A stretch of DNA of 64,000 nt from Paecilomyces variotii. Its lineage: Eukaryota. Each line of letters begins with the position of its first letter. The stretch's first letter is position 1. The stretch lies in assembly GCA_004022145.1 (NCBI GenBank), contig RCNU01000008.1, one strand, 5' to 3'. The notes under the pieces were generated by a model. It saw only the letters and a program-made list of their open reading frames with translations, did not search any database and was not told the DNA's origin. Positions 49,018-61,867 of this stretch are shown here, one piece after another. The position numbers and the translations under genes are program-made.

Positions 49018-50996
49018 ATGAAGCTGAAATCGGGATTCCGCATGTCTCCTAAGATTGGTTCTTCACGACCACTAAAGAAGGAAAAAGAGAAGGAGAAAGA
49101 TAGTTGCGAGAAGCCTTCTCGGCGACGGTCCCTTACTGAATCTGTCCAAAGCTTGGTCAAACACGCTTTCAGTCGTCGTGACGATAACGGCTCACGCAAA
49201 AGCGATGGGCATAATATGGGAAACAATGGAGGAAAGCGCACCTCATCCGCAAAGACTGCCACTTCCTCGTCTTCTTGGGTCAAGCTCCCCCCTCCTTCAG
49301 ACGATATAGTTTCTTCTCCTTCTTCTTCCTCCTCCTCTTATTATTCTTCTGCTTCTCATATCAATACTGTTCAAACTCCTCTAAGGGAAGAACAACAAGA
49401 AATACATGAAGAGAATGAAACGTCGCAGCTCTCTCTTCCTGAGGTACCTTCTTCTTCACCGTCGTCTGATCCGATCGCTACGTCGTCACGGTTGCCTAAG
49501 ATTCGAGGAAAGGCAGGCCAACAGAAGGAGAAACCCTCGAGAATTCCGACGCCGACGAAGACCTCTTCAGCAGCTCTTGGTCCCTCCAAGGCAGCTCAGT
49601 GTCAGGGTCCAGGCACCATGAACACATCCGCTTCAGAGAAAGTAGATGAGGGTAAGGACCATTGCGTCGCAGCCATGGTAGTGGATATGGAGAAAGAGGG
49701 CCTCTTTAAGCAACCACTGCAGCGACAGGAGAACCTGAGAGGAGGAATAGATGGAAAGGAGATCAAAGAAGTGACCTCCAGCCCGCCCAAGAACCAGCAG
49801 GCAGCTAGACGGACGAGTCGGCTTCCTAGGTCATCAGGACACAACACTCCCATTGCTTCTCCCGAAAAGCGAACCACGAACATGAGGATGTCTCTTCCTG
49901 CGTCAAAGTCATTGTCTACCGGTTTGTCGTCTGTCCAGACATCTCGTCGTGGATCCTTGCCGCATACCAGTTTGCCTAGTAACTCCACTAGGAAGCTGTC
50001 AACAACAGCAGTGCCACATGGAAATCGGAAGGACCCTGCAGAGCCGTACCTTGCAGTTACATCCCCTGGTAGAAATGTTACTGGACGGATTGCTGTACAG
50101 ACAGACCGAAGACAATCCAACGTTAGAGTGTCCAGTATTGCACAAAGGCAGCTTCTTGGACCTCTGGGTCCGCCTATGCCACGGAGCCAAACTTTTAATA
50201 GCTTTGCTCAACCTCAGAAAGCCAAGCAAATTCCATCAGGAAAAAGGATCATGAGTAAAGTGCCGCGAATTTCAGACGTTTCAGACAGGAATGGCCACGA
50301 CAAACCGCAGAATGGTAACGAACACGCAGAGATCGTCGAAATACTCAAGGCTACGCGCCTGTCCAAAGGTGAAATTGAAGACGAAGAGCCGAAGAGACCA
50401 CGGAAATCCGATGTGATAGATGCTACATCTCGAGATTTTGAAGCATATGAGGTCGGATCTAGTATCCTCGAGGGAGCAAAGCAGGAAATTGAAGACGAGG
50501 AGAAGTCAGAGAAGATGGTAAGTAAAGACGCCTTGTCCAACAATCTTAATTTTTCTCCCAGAATATACAATTTAACTGTGGAAACCAGGTTTATGAGGCC
50601 AAGGAAGAGGAATGGTGGTTAGGTCGCTTCATGACCTTGAGCAGTGGCTTCTACTTCACCGATTCCTTCGACTCGCCGGACCTGTTAACATGGATAAAGA
50701 CAGACACCGGAATTTCACGGCCACCTGAATGTTTGGACGAGTATCTGGGTGATATCCGTACCTGTCGTGTCTTTATTCTTCTTGAGAGAATGTGTGCCAC
50801 CAAGGAAGCCAGGGAATCGCTGCGACATTTCCGAGACGAATACATATCCAGTTCTGGTGACGAGTGGACCGAGTGGCTATCTGATGACTATCGTCGTCGG
50901 TGGAGGCTAGATAATGTTGCTCGCTCCAAGGCAAACATTCCGGAAGGAAACGTTCCGAAGGGGGACGGTCGTCGACCCTCGAGCAAGAGAATCTAG
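49018..50996 (+). CDS. Hypothetical protein: long disordered S/P/K-rich region plus a small C-terminal helical domain (exons 49018-50517, 50589-50996)
   Basis: 1.5-kb open frame; the intron joins KM|VYEAKEEEWWLGRFMTLS...RVFILLERMCATKEARESLRHFR. Confidence 0.8.
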
Positions 50997-51332
50997 GACA
51001 GTCGTGGGAATGTGTTAGAGGGAACCAGGAGAACCTTCGTTACAAGGCACTAACTTTCTCCGTTGTATTTGTGTATTCTGAGGGACCAGTGACCTTGTTG
51101 AGTTTGTGTCAGTTAATCACGATGTATGGGAGCTGGCGGGACTGGCGGAGACCAAATTTTCGTCCGGGTGAGAACATTTCTGTTGTGATTGATTTTCTAT
51201 GAGAGTAACCATGCTTTTCAATAATGTACAAGTGTCTTGAGAAATGCAAACCGTTGACGCCATGGAAGTCGTTCCTGAAACTCCCGTAAGATGCATGACC
51301 TTGGAAAATATACACGACTCATGAACGATTCC

Positions 51333-52896
51333 TTATTTTCTGCTCCTTAAGAAAGCCGCAACTTGTTCGTGTCTAGTGACGAAGAACATGCGTTTCCTAT
51401 CGGACTTCCACACCAAAACTCCGATCTCCTCTGCATAACGACATGGAGCCTCGTATTCAGAGAGGCTGACGAAGTCCTTGAAAAGGAACCCTGGAGTGGC
51501 CTTTATACGATCACGCTCCAGCTGCCATAATCGGATTTGATCGACCACAGTAGGTGGCAGCACTGACGGTGGCAGTCCCGCCGTATTGGAAGTGGATTTG
51601 GTGGCATTGTGCTTGCGCATCTGCGGATGTGCATGGGTCGCCAGATACGAGATGATCTGGTCAGCTGTGATACCCATCTCCACAGCACGGCGCACCGACT
51701 GTCGAGTGATCTTTCCTGTAATGAGGTTGGGAAAGCGGTACTTGAGGGTGGTGAAGAGTGCAATGAGGGAGATCTGGAGAGGTGACGAGGTATAGGCGTA
51801 TAGGCGGTAGTTGGTTTCGATGATGATGAAACCAGAGCTGGTTTCGCTGGGAACACCTGGAGATGTGGTAAGTGCTCCCGAGATGGCATTGTTCAGCGCA
51901 CTCGAGTCTGAGGTGAGAGTTGTTGCCAGACGGGTCGGATAGAAGCGAGTTGCTTCCGCGATGGGAGAGTGTTGGTATATGATTCCGAAGTCGGTGAGGT
52001 CGGTCAATGTCCGCAGTTGGGTCGATGAGAGGTGCGCTTTCTCATATGACTGGCCCAGTTCGAGACTGCTGAGAAGAAAGAGGAATGACAGGACCTCCAC
52101 GGGGTCCATTCCAATGGCTTCTGCGCTCTCGACATACAGAATCAAGATATGCCAGACTTGGGTATTCACTTCTTGCAAGACGAAAGCAAATCCATCTTGA
52201 GTGATTTCCACTCGACGATCTCGTATTTCGACCAGATGGCCTGCCTGTAGAAGTTGTTTCACTCCTTTGCTCAGGTTGACGGGTGGTTGTACGCCCACTC
52301 CGCTGGTTCCCACCATATATCCAAGGACACCTTCCCACTGTCGCCTTGCGTATTCATCGAGACCGGCCACTGAAACGGGGTTTGGATCTGGAGTCGTGGT
52401 CGGCACGCCGAAGGACCGGATGCTGTCACCTCCCGTGAGGGCCTGTCGAAGGGATGAGGCGAAAGGGTTCGTCACCATGTACGCTCTGACATGATCAGAT
52501 GTGGTCGTATTCGAAAGGATATGTAGTCTTCCTAGAATTGATAACGCATGATCTCGCTCCCTTTCGTTTATTAAACCAGTCAACCAAATGCTATTCCTAC
52601 ACCACGGAACATCTGTAATTATCCTCACTTCTTGCTGTCAGGTTTGACCCATAGCTCCAGATCGGCCGCTGGGAGTGGATCCTTCATGTAAAGCAGTGCC
52701 ATAACAAAGCATTTTGCTGGTGTCTGATTAGTGCAAGCTTCGAAGGAGTAAAGATACTCAACGAGCGCATACCCAGATCAGGCAACATGCGCCTGAAAAT
52801 CGCAAGTGCCGTAGATGGCTGCTGGTATAATTTGTAAAAGACCGTCCCCGGAAGACTCTCGAGGTAGTCGAACGAGCGAGAAGATGTCGCCGGCAT
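51333..52896 (-). CDS. TFB2: TFIIH core subunit Tfb2 (p52), two introns near the 5' end
   Basis: YLESLPGTVFYKLYQQPSTALAIFRRMLP, ITQDGFAFVL, FYPTRLA, GFIIIETNYRLYAYTSSPLQI, GITADQIISYL and PPTVVDQIRLWQLERDR. Confidence 0.96.
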
Positions 52897-53148
52897 TTTT
52901 GCAAGTCCGCGGAGGCAACTGTGCCGTCCAGCTACTGTCACCTGGCTCTCATGTCGCGGAGTCGAACACTCGCAGTTTAAACTATGCCGCTATGTCTTCG
53001 ATAGTAAGATAAGGCTGGAGCTGGTCCGGACGTCTAGAGTGACCATAGACGCATTCCGTCATCTTGTACCGTTCCCGAGGTCAACATGACCTACTACTAA
53101 CTAGTAATACGTTGATCGCTCGTTGCAACAATCGACTGGTTTGGCAAA

Positions 53149-54512
53149 ATGACTGCATTGAGATTTGTAAAATCTGTAAGTATTATCGCTGTTACTTGTC
53201 ATAAATCTGCCGAGAAGATCAGCTGTTAACTCTGGGATCAGGTTTGGGAGTCCTTCCGGGCTACTTCGGGCCTAGAGCCGAGGTAGGTCAATATGGGAAC
53301 GGCCTGGATTCCTGCAATTGATACTGACCACACGGTCACCTTGGTATAGGCTTCTGGATGGTGTGAGTTCCGAGCCTGATTTCCTCAGAATGATGGGCCA
53401 GTTTTGTTATTTTCTGCAAAATGCGCCCATGATTTTATCTAGAATAGTCACTGACCATGAATTTACTAAATAGCTCCGTGTCACTGCTGCCAGACCGGGC
53501 GTTGTGAACTTCGAGCTAGATGTTAAGAAAGAGCATACGGTGAGTCAATTAATTGAAATTTGTTTCAAGTCTTCACGGGGCATGTTGCCCCAGATAGACC
53601 TGATGCTGGCCCCCCTGCCGGCGAAGATTGAATTCAACATTGTCTGCCGGATCTTACAGCTCAATTTGCCCCCTTTCATCATATTTTGTCGAAATTTATA
53701 AACTCCTGTGATTACTTTATACCTAATACAATACACAGAACCGTCTCAATATCCTACATGGCGGTACAATCGCCAGTATGGGTACGTATCACCAGACCTC
53801 CCTCTTTGGAGCTTTGCTTGTTCATTAACTGGCCGTAGTTGATCTTGGCGGTTCCCTCGCTGTAGCTTCGAGAGGTCTCTTTGCTACAGGTGTTTCCACT
53901 GACCTCAATGGTGTGCATATGACACCCTGAATCAGACCCTCTTTGCATGTACTAATGATCGAATCGACAGTTACCTATCTTAGCTCGGGTGGTAAGATAG
54001 GTGACAAGGTTCTTGCTGTAAGCTTTTACCACTTTTTACACTTGTTATTAATGAAATATAAAGAATACCGCTGGCAGCATGACTATTTTACTAACTTGCG
54101 TTGCAGGAGGCCAGCTGTGATAAGTGTAAGTTTCCCCTTGTTGCTGCGCCCAAAATAGCCGGCTTCGGTTTGGATTAAAGTCCTATTCTCCGGTCGAAAG
54201 AATGTGACTTGTTCAAAAACTAGAGCTAACAATATTTGTTTTGCATGAATTTCAGTCGGCAAGACCCTCGCCTTCACATCGATACAGTTCAGGAACGAGA
54301 AGAATGAGCTCTTCGCTAGAGGCAGCCACACAAAGTAGGTCTTCCCTTGTTGAAGTATCTTGACATAATTGGTTGCCCAGAAATGTTCAGCGCGCTGATA
54401 CAAGGCACAACTCTTGGCTAATCAAAATTCAAAACCTAGGTACATCGCCCTGGCTCACAAGGACCCGCAGAACATTGTGGAGGAACTCAACCCGAAGAAA
54501 GAGTCGAAGTAA
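53149..54512 (+). CDS. PaaI/hotdog-fold acyl-CoA thioesterase (ACOT13-like), 10 exons
   Basis: Spliced MTALRFVKS|VWESFRATSGLEPR|LLDG|LRVTAARPGVVNFELDVKKEHT|NRLNILHGGTIASMV|DLGGSLAVASRGLFATGVSTDLNV|TYLSSGG...|EASCDKF|GKTLAFT...RGSHTK|YIALAH...KESK*, with the HGG motif. Confidence 0.9.
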
Positions 54513-54805
54513 TTTTTTTCTTTCTAAAGACGTTATAAAGTAAGAATAGCGCTAGAATGATATATAAGTTAGATTCGGTCTATTCTTCATATCTCCCAGC
54601 CAAGCTGCTATAGAATTCAGAAAGAAGATGGTATTATGTGTATTGTACGGTTTGAGCACACGATGAACTTCCAGGGAAGGGGATTGTACTGTATGACGTG
54701 CTAGACGATTTGCTCTGGAACTAACGACGTATGTTGGAAAGCTTCCATATACTCTCCGTATCTACTCAATGTAAAGCAAAGATGGTCGTTAACACGTGCA
54801 TTTGT

Positions 54806-55009
54806 TCTTGCCTGATGCGCATAAACATCTATCACAAACACAAAAGCGTGCTGTGTCCTCTTGAAAAGAATAAAAAACATAACTATCCTACTCCATCGTC
54901 TGACAAGTCTTGCCTGATGCGCATAAACATCTATCACAAACACAAAAGCGTGCTGTGTCCTCTTGAAAAGAATAAAAAACATAACTATCCTACTCCATCG
55001 TCTGACAAG
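54806..55009. repeat. Exact tandem duplication of a 102-bp unit
   Basis: TCTTGCCTGATGCGCATAAAC...CCATCGTCTGACAAG at 54806-54907 is repeated identically at 54908-55009. Confidence 0.95.
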
Positions 55010-55050
55010 TAGATGTCTTAGCTTTTAATGCAGGAAGATGAGTGCCCCAT

Positions 55051-58000
55051 TCAGAGGATTGAATTCTCATGCAGCGGATCTTCTTCCTCCTCCATTCCCA
55101 CCATGGTCTCATCCTCGATAGTAGCATCGCCGTCCAACCCAACATCATCAACGACAACACCTTCCGCACCCATCGCTTTGATCTTGGCTTGCGTCATCTC
55201 GAACACATACTGCCCAAGATGCTCGGTGCTTTCCATGGGAGTGCCCTCCACGCTCTCGTCTAGGGTGCGAGCGGTTGGGTACATCTCCCCGGGGACAAGC
55301 ATCAGCTTGTCTGGACGCTGGAAAAGGAGATCAAATGCTGGTTTGAGCTCCAAGCAGGACTCAAAGACCTCTCGCCGCCCAAGGACATACAAACCAAGCC
55401 GTGCCCGAGATAGAGCAACGGTGAGACGACGGACATCACGGAGATAGCCGACTGTCTTGGTTCTTGTGAGGGAGAGAATAACATCTAGGTCATAGATTAG
55501 TTATGAGGCATTGAAGAAAATACAAACATCACTTACAGTCATTCTGCTCGCCCTGATATTTGTCCACAGTCGTAACTATCTTGGGCATACCGATCAAAGA
55601 GTTCTTGGCGCAACGGTGATTCAGGACATCCATTATCAACGCCCTCTGGCCGGCATAGGTGGTGAGAATTGAGATCTTGGATGCCGGATATCCTAGGAGA
55701 CGCATGTACTGGTAAATCGCCACGGCGTACTCTGCTTCACCTAGGTTCTGTATGAAATGAGGAGAAGGCTCTCTCTCACCAACGCCCTGGTAGTCAGGGA
55801 CATTGATGAACTGATAATCAAACTGAAAGCCAGCATTGGCCAATTTGAATTCCTGCGCGGTTTCAACAACTGGCAGATTTCCAAGCTTCTTATACCGCCA
55901 CTTGAATAGTTCTGCGATACTGGGTCTCGCTCTTCCTTGCTGGTCGAGAGTGACCACAGGCACGCCAAGTCTCACCAGTCTTAAGAAGAGACTTTGTTCA
56001 AAATTGGCATACTGACGGAATGCCATGTTCTGAACAATAGGCGAATTTTGGTAATGGTCACCGCAAAGTACAACTCGCTTTAGAGGAAGCTCTCCGTTCC
56101 TCATGTTTTGAAGAGCACAGGGAATGAAACTTTCGATTTCCGTTATCTGGGCTGCCTCCTCCATCACGACGTTATCATAACGGAACCCAAGGTCAGCGAT
56201 TTCTTGCCGCCGCATCGCAGCATGCGTTGAAGTCATGGCGATTATCCTCGCTTCTTTGAGTAACAAGTAGTTTGCCTTGTCTCGAGGTTGTCTCAAAATC
56301 TCAAAAGGACGGATGTCCTCCAGCTCAGAGAATATCTTATCAATATGTCTTTGGCAACCCGCCGCGACGTCCAGAATGACTTCTTTGGGAGCTGTCGGAT
56401 CAAAAACAGGATGCGGAGCGTTCGAAAAATAGGAATGGAAAGGGAACGCTTGGATTATATCGTCAACAGAAGCGTCATCTGAGTGTGCTTCGTCCCAGAA
56501 CTTAGCCCAGGCAGGCTGTATATAGACCGTATTAAAGTATCCGGCGGTCTCGCAAGTGCTTCCATGTGCACCCTGAGCGCCAATAGATGCTGCAAGACGG
56601 TCCACTTCTGCAAGATACTGCACACGGTTCTCCAGAAACGACTCTACTCTTCCAAACTTGCTGTAATTTGACTCCGTCTCCAACTCTTCTTCACCATGAC
56701 CAAGTCGCAGAAGATGACGCTCATCTATGTCAAGAGCGACAATCTTCTGGAATAATTGATTGAGTGCCTGGTTGCTATGCGCGATGAGTAATGTACGTTC
56801 CTGAGGGAAGTTGTGGTAGATATTATTGATTATTTGTGTCGTGACATCCGTTTTACCAGTTCCAGGAGGACCGACAATCACAGAGAGACCAGGCTGGGTA
56901 CCGGAAGCGATAGCTTCTACTTGAGCTGGCGTAAAGCGGATTGTGTTCAGTTTTGGAGCGTCGACAGGGTATGGACCAGGGTTTGGTGGTTTATAGGTTG
57001 ACACGTGAACTGATGGGGGCGCTGCTTGAACTTCCTGGACATGACCTCTTCGTCTCTTCTTGGAGGGCTTTGTTTGAGGCTGCTCGCTGACGCTCTCCAG
57101 CACGTAAGGTGGACCGAAGCTGGACGTCTCGTTACCCGAAGGCTCGATAGTCATTCCGGGGAAACTCTCCACCAAATGTTGCCAGTCCAAAAATGTATCG
57201 CGGAAATCGACCGATTTGGCTCTGTTAGGCAATTGTGTATATTGTGCCCCAGCTGGATCTCCATATCCAAGGAAGATCTCCTGGATCCAGGATGGGAGCG
57301 CTATATCAGAGACGGCGAGCTGCTGCATGGTTTGTAGAATAGGTCTGAAGTTGTTCTCTCTTCCTCTCCTACGGGCGATGACATTGATCAGAGGATATAT
57401 ATCCTGCTTTCCCTTGGCTTGTGCGTCAGTGTCCCTCTTAAAAGCTTCCGCATCCAGGTTGACAAGGAGTCTCCTAAGACGGGGCCTGTAAGTGTGTCCA
57501 TTCGTATTGCCCTGTTGAGGTTCACGCAGCGGGCGACCATTCTCATCGAGAACTTGAACAATCTCAGCTGTACGGAGGTACATAAGCCGGGGGCCTTCTG
57601 CCGCACTTCTGTCTCGTGCACCGCCTAGTGCCAGAGTCCGTGGGTGTCCCGTTTGTATAGCGAGCAAGAAGACAGTATCATCGGGACGAAGAGACTCCCA
57701 TTCCTTTCTGATATTGTCCCCGAGGCGGCCCACTTCGATAGCTATTTCAGCCCTGACAAAGGCAGGCCTCGTAGACCCGACTTTGGGGGGTGCCACCTCA
57801 ATTATCGCGGGCTTAGAGATAGGAATCGCCATTCGAGAAAAGCCACCAAATGAGACGTTGCCACTTTCTCTGTCCATTCGCGGCTGGAGACGTTTCACAA
57901 TAGCTTCCATATCCTTGCGAATCTCGAAGAAAGCTTCAGACCTATAGAGAAGAAATGAGCGCCAAAGGAAGTCACCTAAACTGAGATACTGAAGGTTAAG

Positions 58001-59434
58001 CTTTGGGATAGCCAAAGGCGTTGAGCCATCATATGTCTCGTTCCGCAAGAGAGACGGCTCATACAGGTTCTCTTCTGTCGGTACAATGCTCAGCTGAGCT
58101 GCGTATTCCTGGAAGGACTGCTTGCGCTCGAAGGAGGACAAGAGGATCTCCAGGAAAAGACGTCTACCAGGGCCAATTTGAGCCTGCTTTGGATAGATAG
58201 TCCGAAACCCGAGATGAGAGCACAAACTCGAAAGTTCAGAATCCTCTAAAGCAGCCAGGTGGCCCTCGAGTTCAGTTCGTTGATCGATACTCCCGTAGTT
58301 TGATAGTGCCAGAATGGTCAGTTTTTCCTTGAAATGTTTGATGGCAACCCGCTGTAGTCGTGCTAGCTCTTGGCAGTGAGCGTCATAGACAGCTTGTGTC
58401 GAGAGAGGCTCGCCTGTGTAATCGTTGATCGCGAAATTCATGAAATGCTTGAGAAGCGTGTAGAAATCTCGAAACAGCGCATTCTCCTCGACTTGGTAAA
58501 GGTGCGAAAGGCGAATGATAGGTAAGAGGTTTAGGTCTTTCAAGAGCGTGTTAACATAGCGCCTTGTTGGGAGCTGACTATCGAGATCAACAAGTAATTC
58601 GAGAAAGCGTTCGCAATAACGTAGATTCTCAGGCCGATCTTTTTCAATACTGTTCACTTTCTGGATAAAATCCAACACCATGGTATAAAGCCATGATCGC
58701 TCGAATCGGATTCTTGCTTTTGTGGCATCGTCTGCAGCTTCATAGCGTTTTCCAGCTGCCCGCCAGGCCTTCTTCAACGTGGGCACCGTTTCCAGCAGCC
58801 GCTCTCTCTTGTCGTCTGATGAGAGGTTATGCCATATTGAGATAGAAACGAGTGGGGCGCATTCTTTGCGGAGCATATTATTTTCGAGAGATTGAAAACT
58901 GCTTATAATAAACGAGAGAAGCGCCAAACGGGAGGTCGTCGGTAGCGATTGATCAAGGCTCATGGATAAGACACGGCGAAAAAGGCTGGAGAAGTCATCG
59001 GCACGGTCCGAGAAATGCTCTAGGATGGTAAGTTAGTTATGATGTGTCGAGAGCCAGGCAATTTCAATCTTACCCCATATAGGCAGATGCTCACGCTGCT
59101 TGACGCTGACAATGATAGCAATAAGCAGAACATGATAATTTGATGCATCTTCATTATATGTTGGCCAAAGGAACCTGGACCAGGTTAGCAGCTGTCGCAT
59201 ACTAACGACGGATAAATTAACTCACTTCTCCAACACATGAAGGTTCTCTAAGATCAGGAGAGAGCGTAGAGAAAAGGCTTCAGCCTCCAACGGCTCCCAT
59301 AGCTCCTTGATGACATCCTGCTTGGCCTTGCGGGCCTTCGACGGCTTGAGCCAGTGGGCTTTTGCGAGACTCACCCACCGATTGTCTTCCTGGAAATCGC
59401 TCACAGTAGGACGAGAATCGTGGCCCTGCGCCAT
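55051..59434 (-). CDS. AQR: Intron-binding spliceosomal RNA helicase Aquarius (Cwf11), three introns
   Basis: LAIPKLNLQYLS, GPPGTGKT (motif I), AHSNQALNQLF, MEEAAQI, GDHYQ, QGRARPSIA, TVDKYQGEQND and VALSRARLGLY. Confidence 0.96.
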
Positions 59435-59656
59435 CGCAGAACGTGTCTGTTGACCCATTCCTTTGACGTTTGCTTGTCGTGAAGTCCGGTTGGATGCCCG
59501 ATATATCTGCGCGGAAGCGCGCGAAAACGGGCGCGCTAAGCGTTGCCGCCAGCGCCTAGCTCCTGCGGATTCTGACTGGCCGGGGACCAAGAGCTGCCCA
59601 GCTATTATTGACCCCGGAATCGCAACACCAGGTCTACCTGGAGCCGTATCGCGACC

Positions 59657-61867
59657 ATGTCGCACATCGAGTCTGTGCAGGTCTACAGGAGGCTCATCGA
59701 GAGCCTTCTGTCCAAGGCAGACGAGTTAAAGCCTGATAAGCAGATCGAGCCGCCTCTCACGGAAACGGATTTTGGTGATTCAGCTTGGCACATCGAGGGT
59801 TCTGATGCCAACGTTCTGAAGAGAGAGAATCAGCAAGCGAGTTATGCTGCTGTCGAAACCGCCTTTAGGGAAAAGTTCTATGATCTACTGGTTTGTCGCT
59901 GACCTCAGAAGAGTGAACTATTTACAAGCTCTAACCATCCTCTTAGGCTACAACATCTATCGACGACCCTTCTTTCGTACAAATATGGCATCTTCTGGAT
60001 ATCGTTTCAATATTCTCGGACAATGGTTAGTTTTATGAAAAAAGAGTACGGGTTAGGGAGGCGGCTGACACGTATCAGAACAGTGCGAACCGGGTTTGAT
60101 ATTTTGGCTTATCGAGGAATTGCTGGACAGTCAGACAATCGATGGATGCAGGAAAGTCTTCGACTACCTCGAGTCGCGGAGAGAGCGCAATACAGCGGTA
60201 AGCTATCATATAACTCAGGCTACTATCAGTAAAACATTTGCTGATTCGTGAGTGGATAGAAACATTTCAAACAAAAAAGCCTGATTATTCTCCGATCATG
60301 CAATGAGCTTCTTCGAAGACTTTCACGAGCAGAAGATACTGTGTTCTGTGGAAGAGTATTCATATATTTATTCCAGAGCTTTCCGCTGGGCGATAAGAGT
60401 TCGGTAAATTTGCGGGGCGAATATCACACTGAGAACGTCACCACCTTTGATGAAGTCTCTAGAGAAGCGCGAAAAGAGAAACTGGAAGAAGAGAGTGCTG
60501 CCCCGAAAGAGGAGAGATCCGGAGATACTATTGACGCAACAACCAAGCCTTCGGATGCCAAGAAGGAGAAAGATGCAGGTAAAGAGCCTGTTGATCTGGA
60601 TACGTTGTATCCTATCTTTTGGGGCCTGCAGGCAACCTTCTCTGCTCCAACAAGACTGTTCGACCCAGGCCACTTCGCATCTTTTAAGAACGGTCTAGAA
60701 GCGACACTCTCTACGTTCAAGCGTATCAACACGGATCTTGACCCTAGGAGCGGCGCCAAGGGATCAGATGAAGCTAGAAGAGGCACAAAACGCAAGCGCA
60801 CAACGGATGGATCGGAAGTCACCAACAGCTTCAACCCGAAATATCTAACCAGCCGTGATTTGTTCAGTCTGGAGGTAAGTCTGTAACTCGACGCCGGGGT
60901 ATTCGCATATGCTAACATTCGGTGAAGATTAGCGATATCGCCTTCCGTAGACATGTGCTCGTGCAGGCGTTGATCATTCTAGATTTTCTTCTGTCGCTCA
61001 CACCGAAAGCGAAAGCGAAACTGGCGGATTTGACAAACAAATCCGTACTTTATAATTTTGTTCTCAACGATGACGACGTAAGCTCACCATTGTGCCTCCC
61101 CGGGCATTACTAATAATTTCCAGGCAAAATGGACGACAAACATCCGGCGCGCAATCGAAGATTATCTTCAGGAGGGTGTGGGAGGCAAATTCTATTATCG
61201 CATGGTGGACAATGTTCTCTCGCGAGACAAAAACTGGATTCGCTGGAAGGCAGAGGGGTGTCCGCTCATTGAACGCCCTGCTGTGTCTGTCAAAGACTAT
61301 TTAGATGCGCGTGAGACAGCAGCGAAGACATATGCCAATAAGCGTCTCCGACCTTCTCCCATGGGTTCTCTGGATCTGAAGTTCCTTTCCGATGCCGAAA
61401 CTCTGGGCAGTCTTGAGCGCCTCAAGGCATCTGACAGGTAGGCACGAAATGCTAGGCTAGAAGATCGTGACTAACATTATTCAAGGTTCTCAAAACCTGC
61501 CCCCGATTCTTTAATGATGGGAATTGTTGACGATGACTTTGACCTTGAGATGGCACAGACTAAAGAGGATAAGGACAACGCGATGAGGTCCAAAGCTAGC
61601 AAGATATGGCGTACGTTGCGGCTCTGTGCTAAGAGCAAAATGCATCAGTTCGACAAGATTGAAGATGGCAAAAATATCAAAGTCCTCTTCGAGACCCCTC
61701 CACAGCCCGAAGAACCACCGAAGCCAACTACTGAGAGCACGAATGACACCGGGAAGCCCCATATAGAATCAAAGGGTGATGACAAGGAGAACACTACAAC
61801 TGTGGACCAGCCGATGGCTGACGTCAAGCCGGAAGACTCAGAAAAGGCAACGGAAGCCCCAGCATGA
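59657..61867 (+). CDS. THOC1: THO complex subunit 1 (Hpr1/THOC1, nuclear matrix protein p84), multi-exon
   Basis: QCEPGLIFWLIEELLDSQT, LRSCNELLRRLSRAEDTVFCGRVFIYLFQSFPLGDKSSVNLRG, PKYLTSRDLFSLE, FRRHVLVQALI and NWIRWKAEGCP. Confidence 0.93.

Noticed and set aside
53363..53473. C/D snoRNA in thioesterase intron 3
   Set aside because: Imperfect C box, CTGAC doubles as a likely branch site, and I could not match the guide to rRNA.
54701..55012. Repeat-containing 93-aa ORFs on both strands; CRISPR-like array
   Set aside because: By-products of the 102-bp (multiple of three) duplication. Only two units, no spacers, eukaryotic context.
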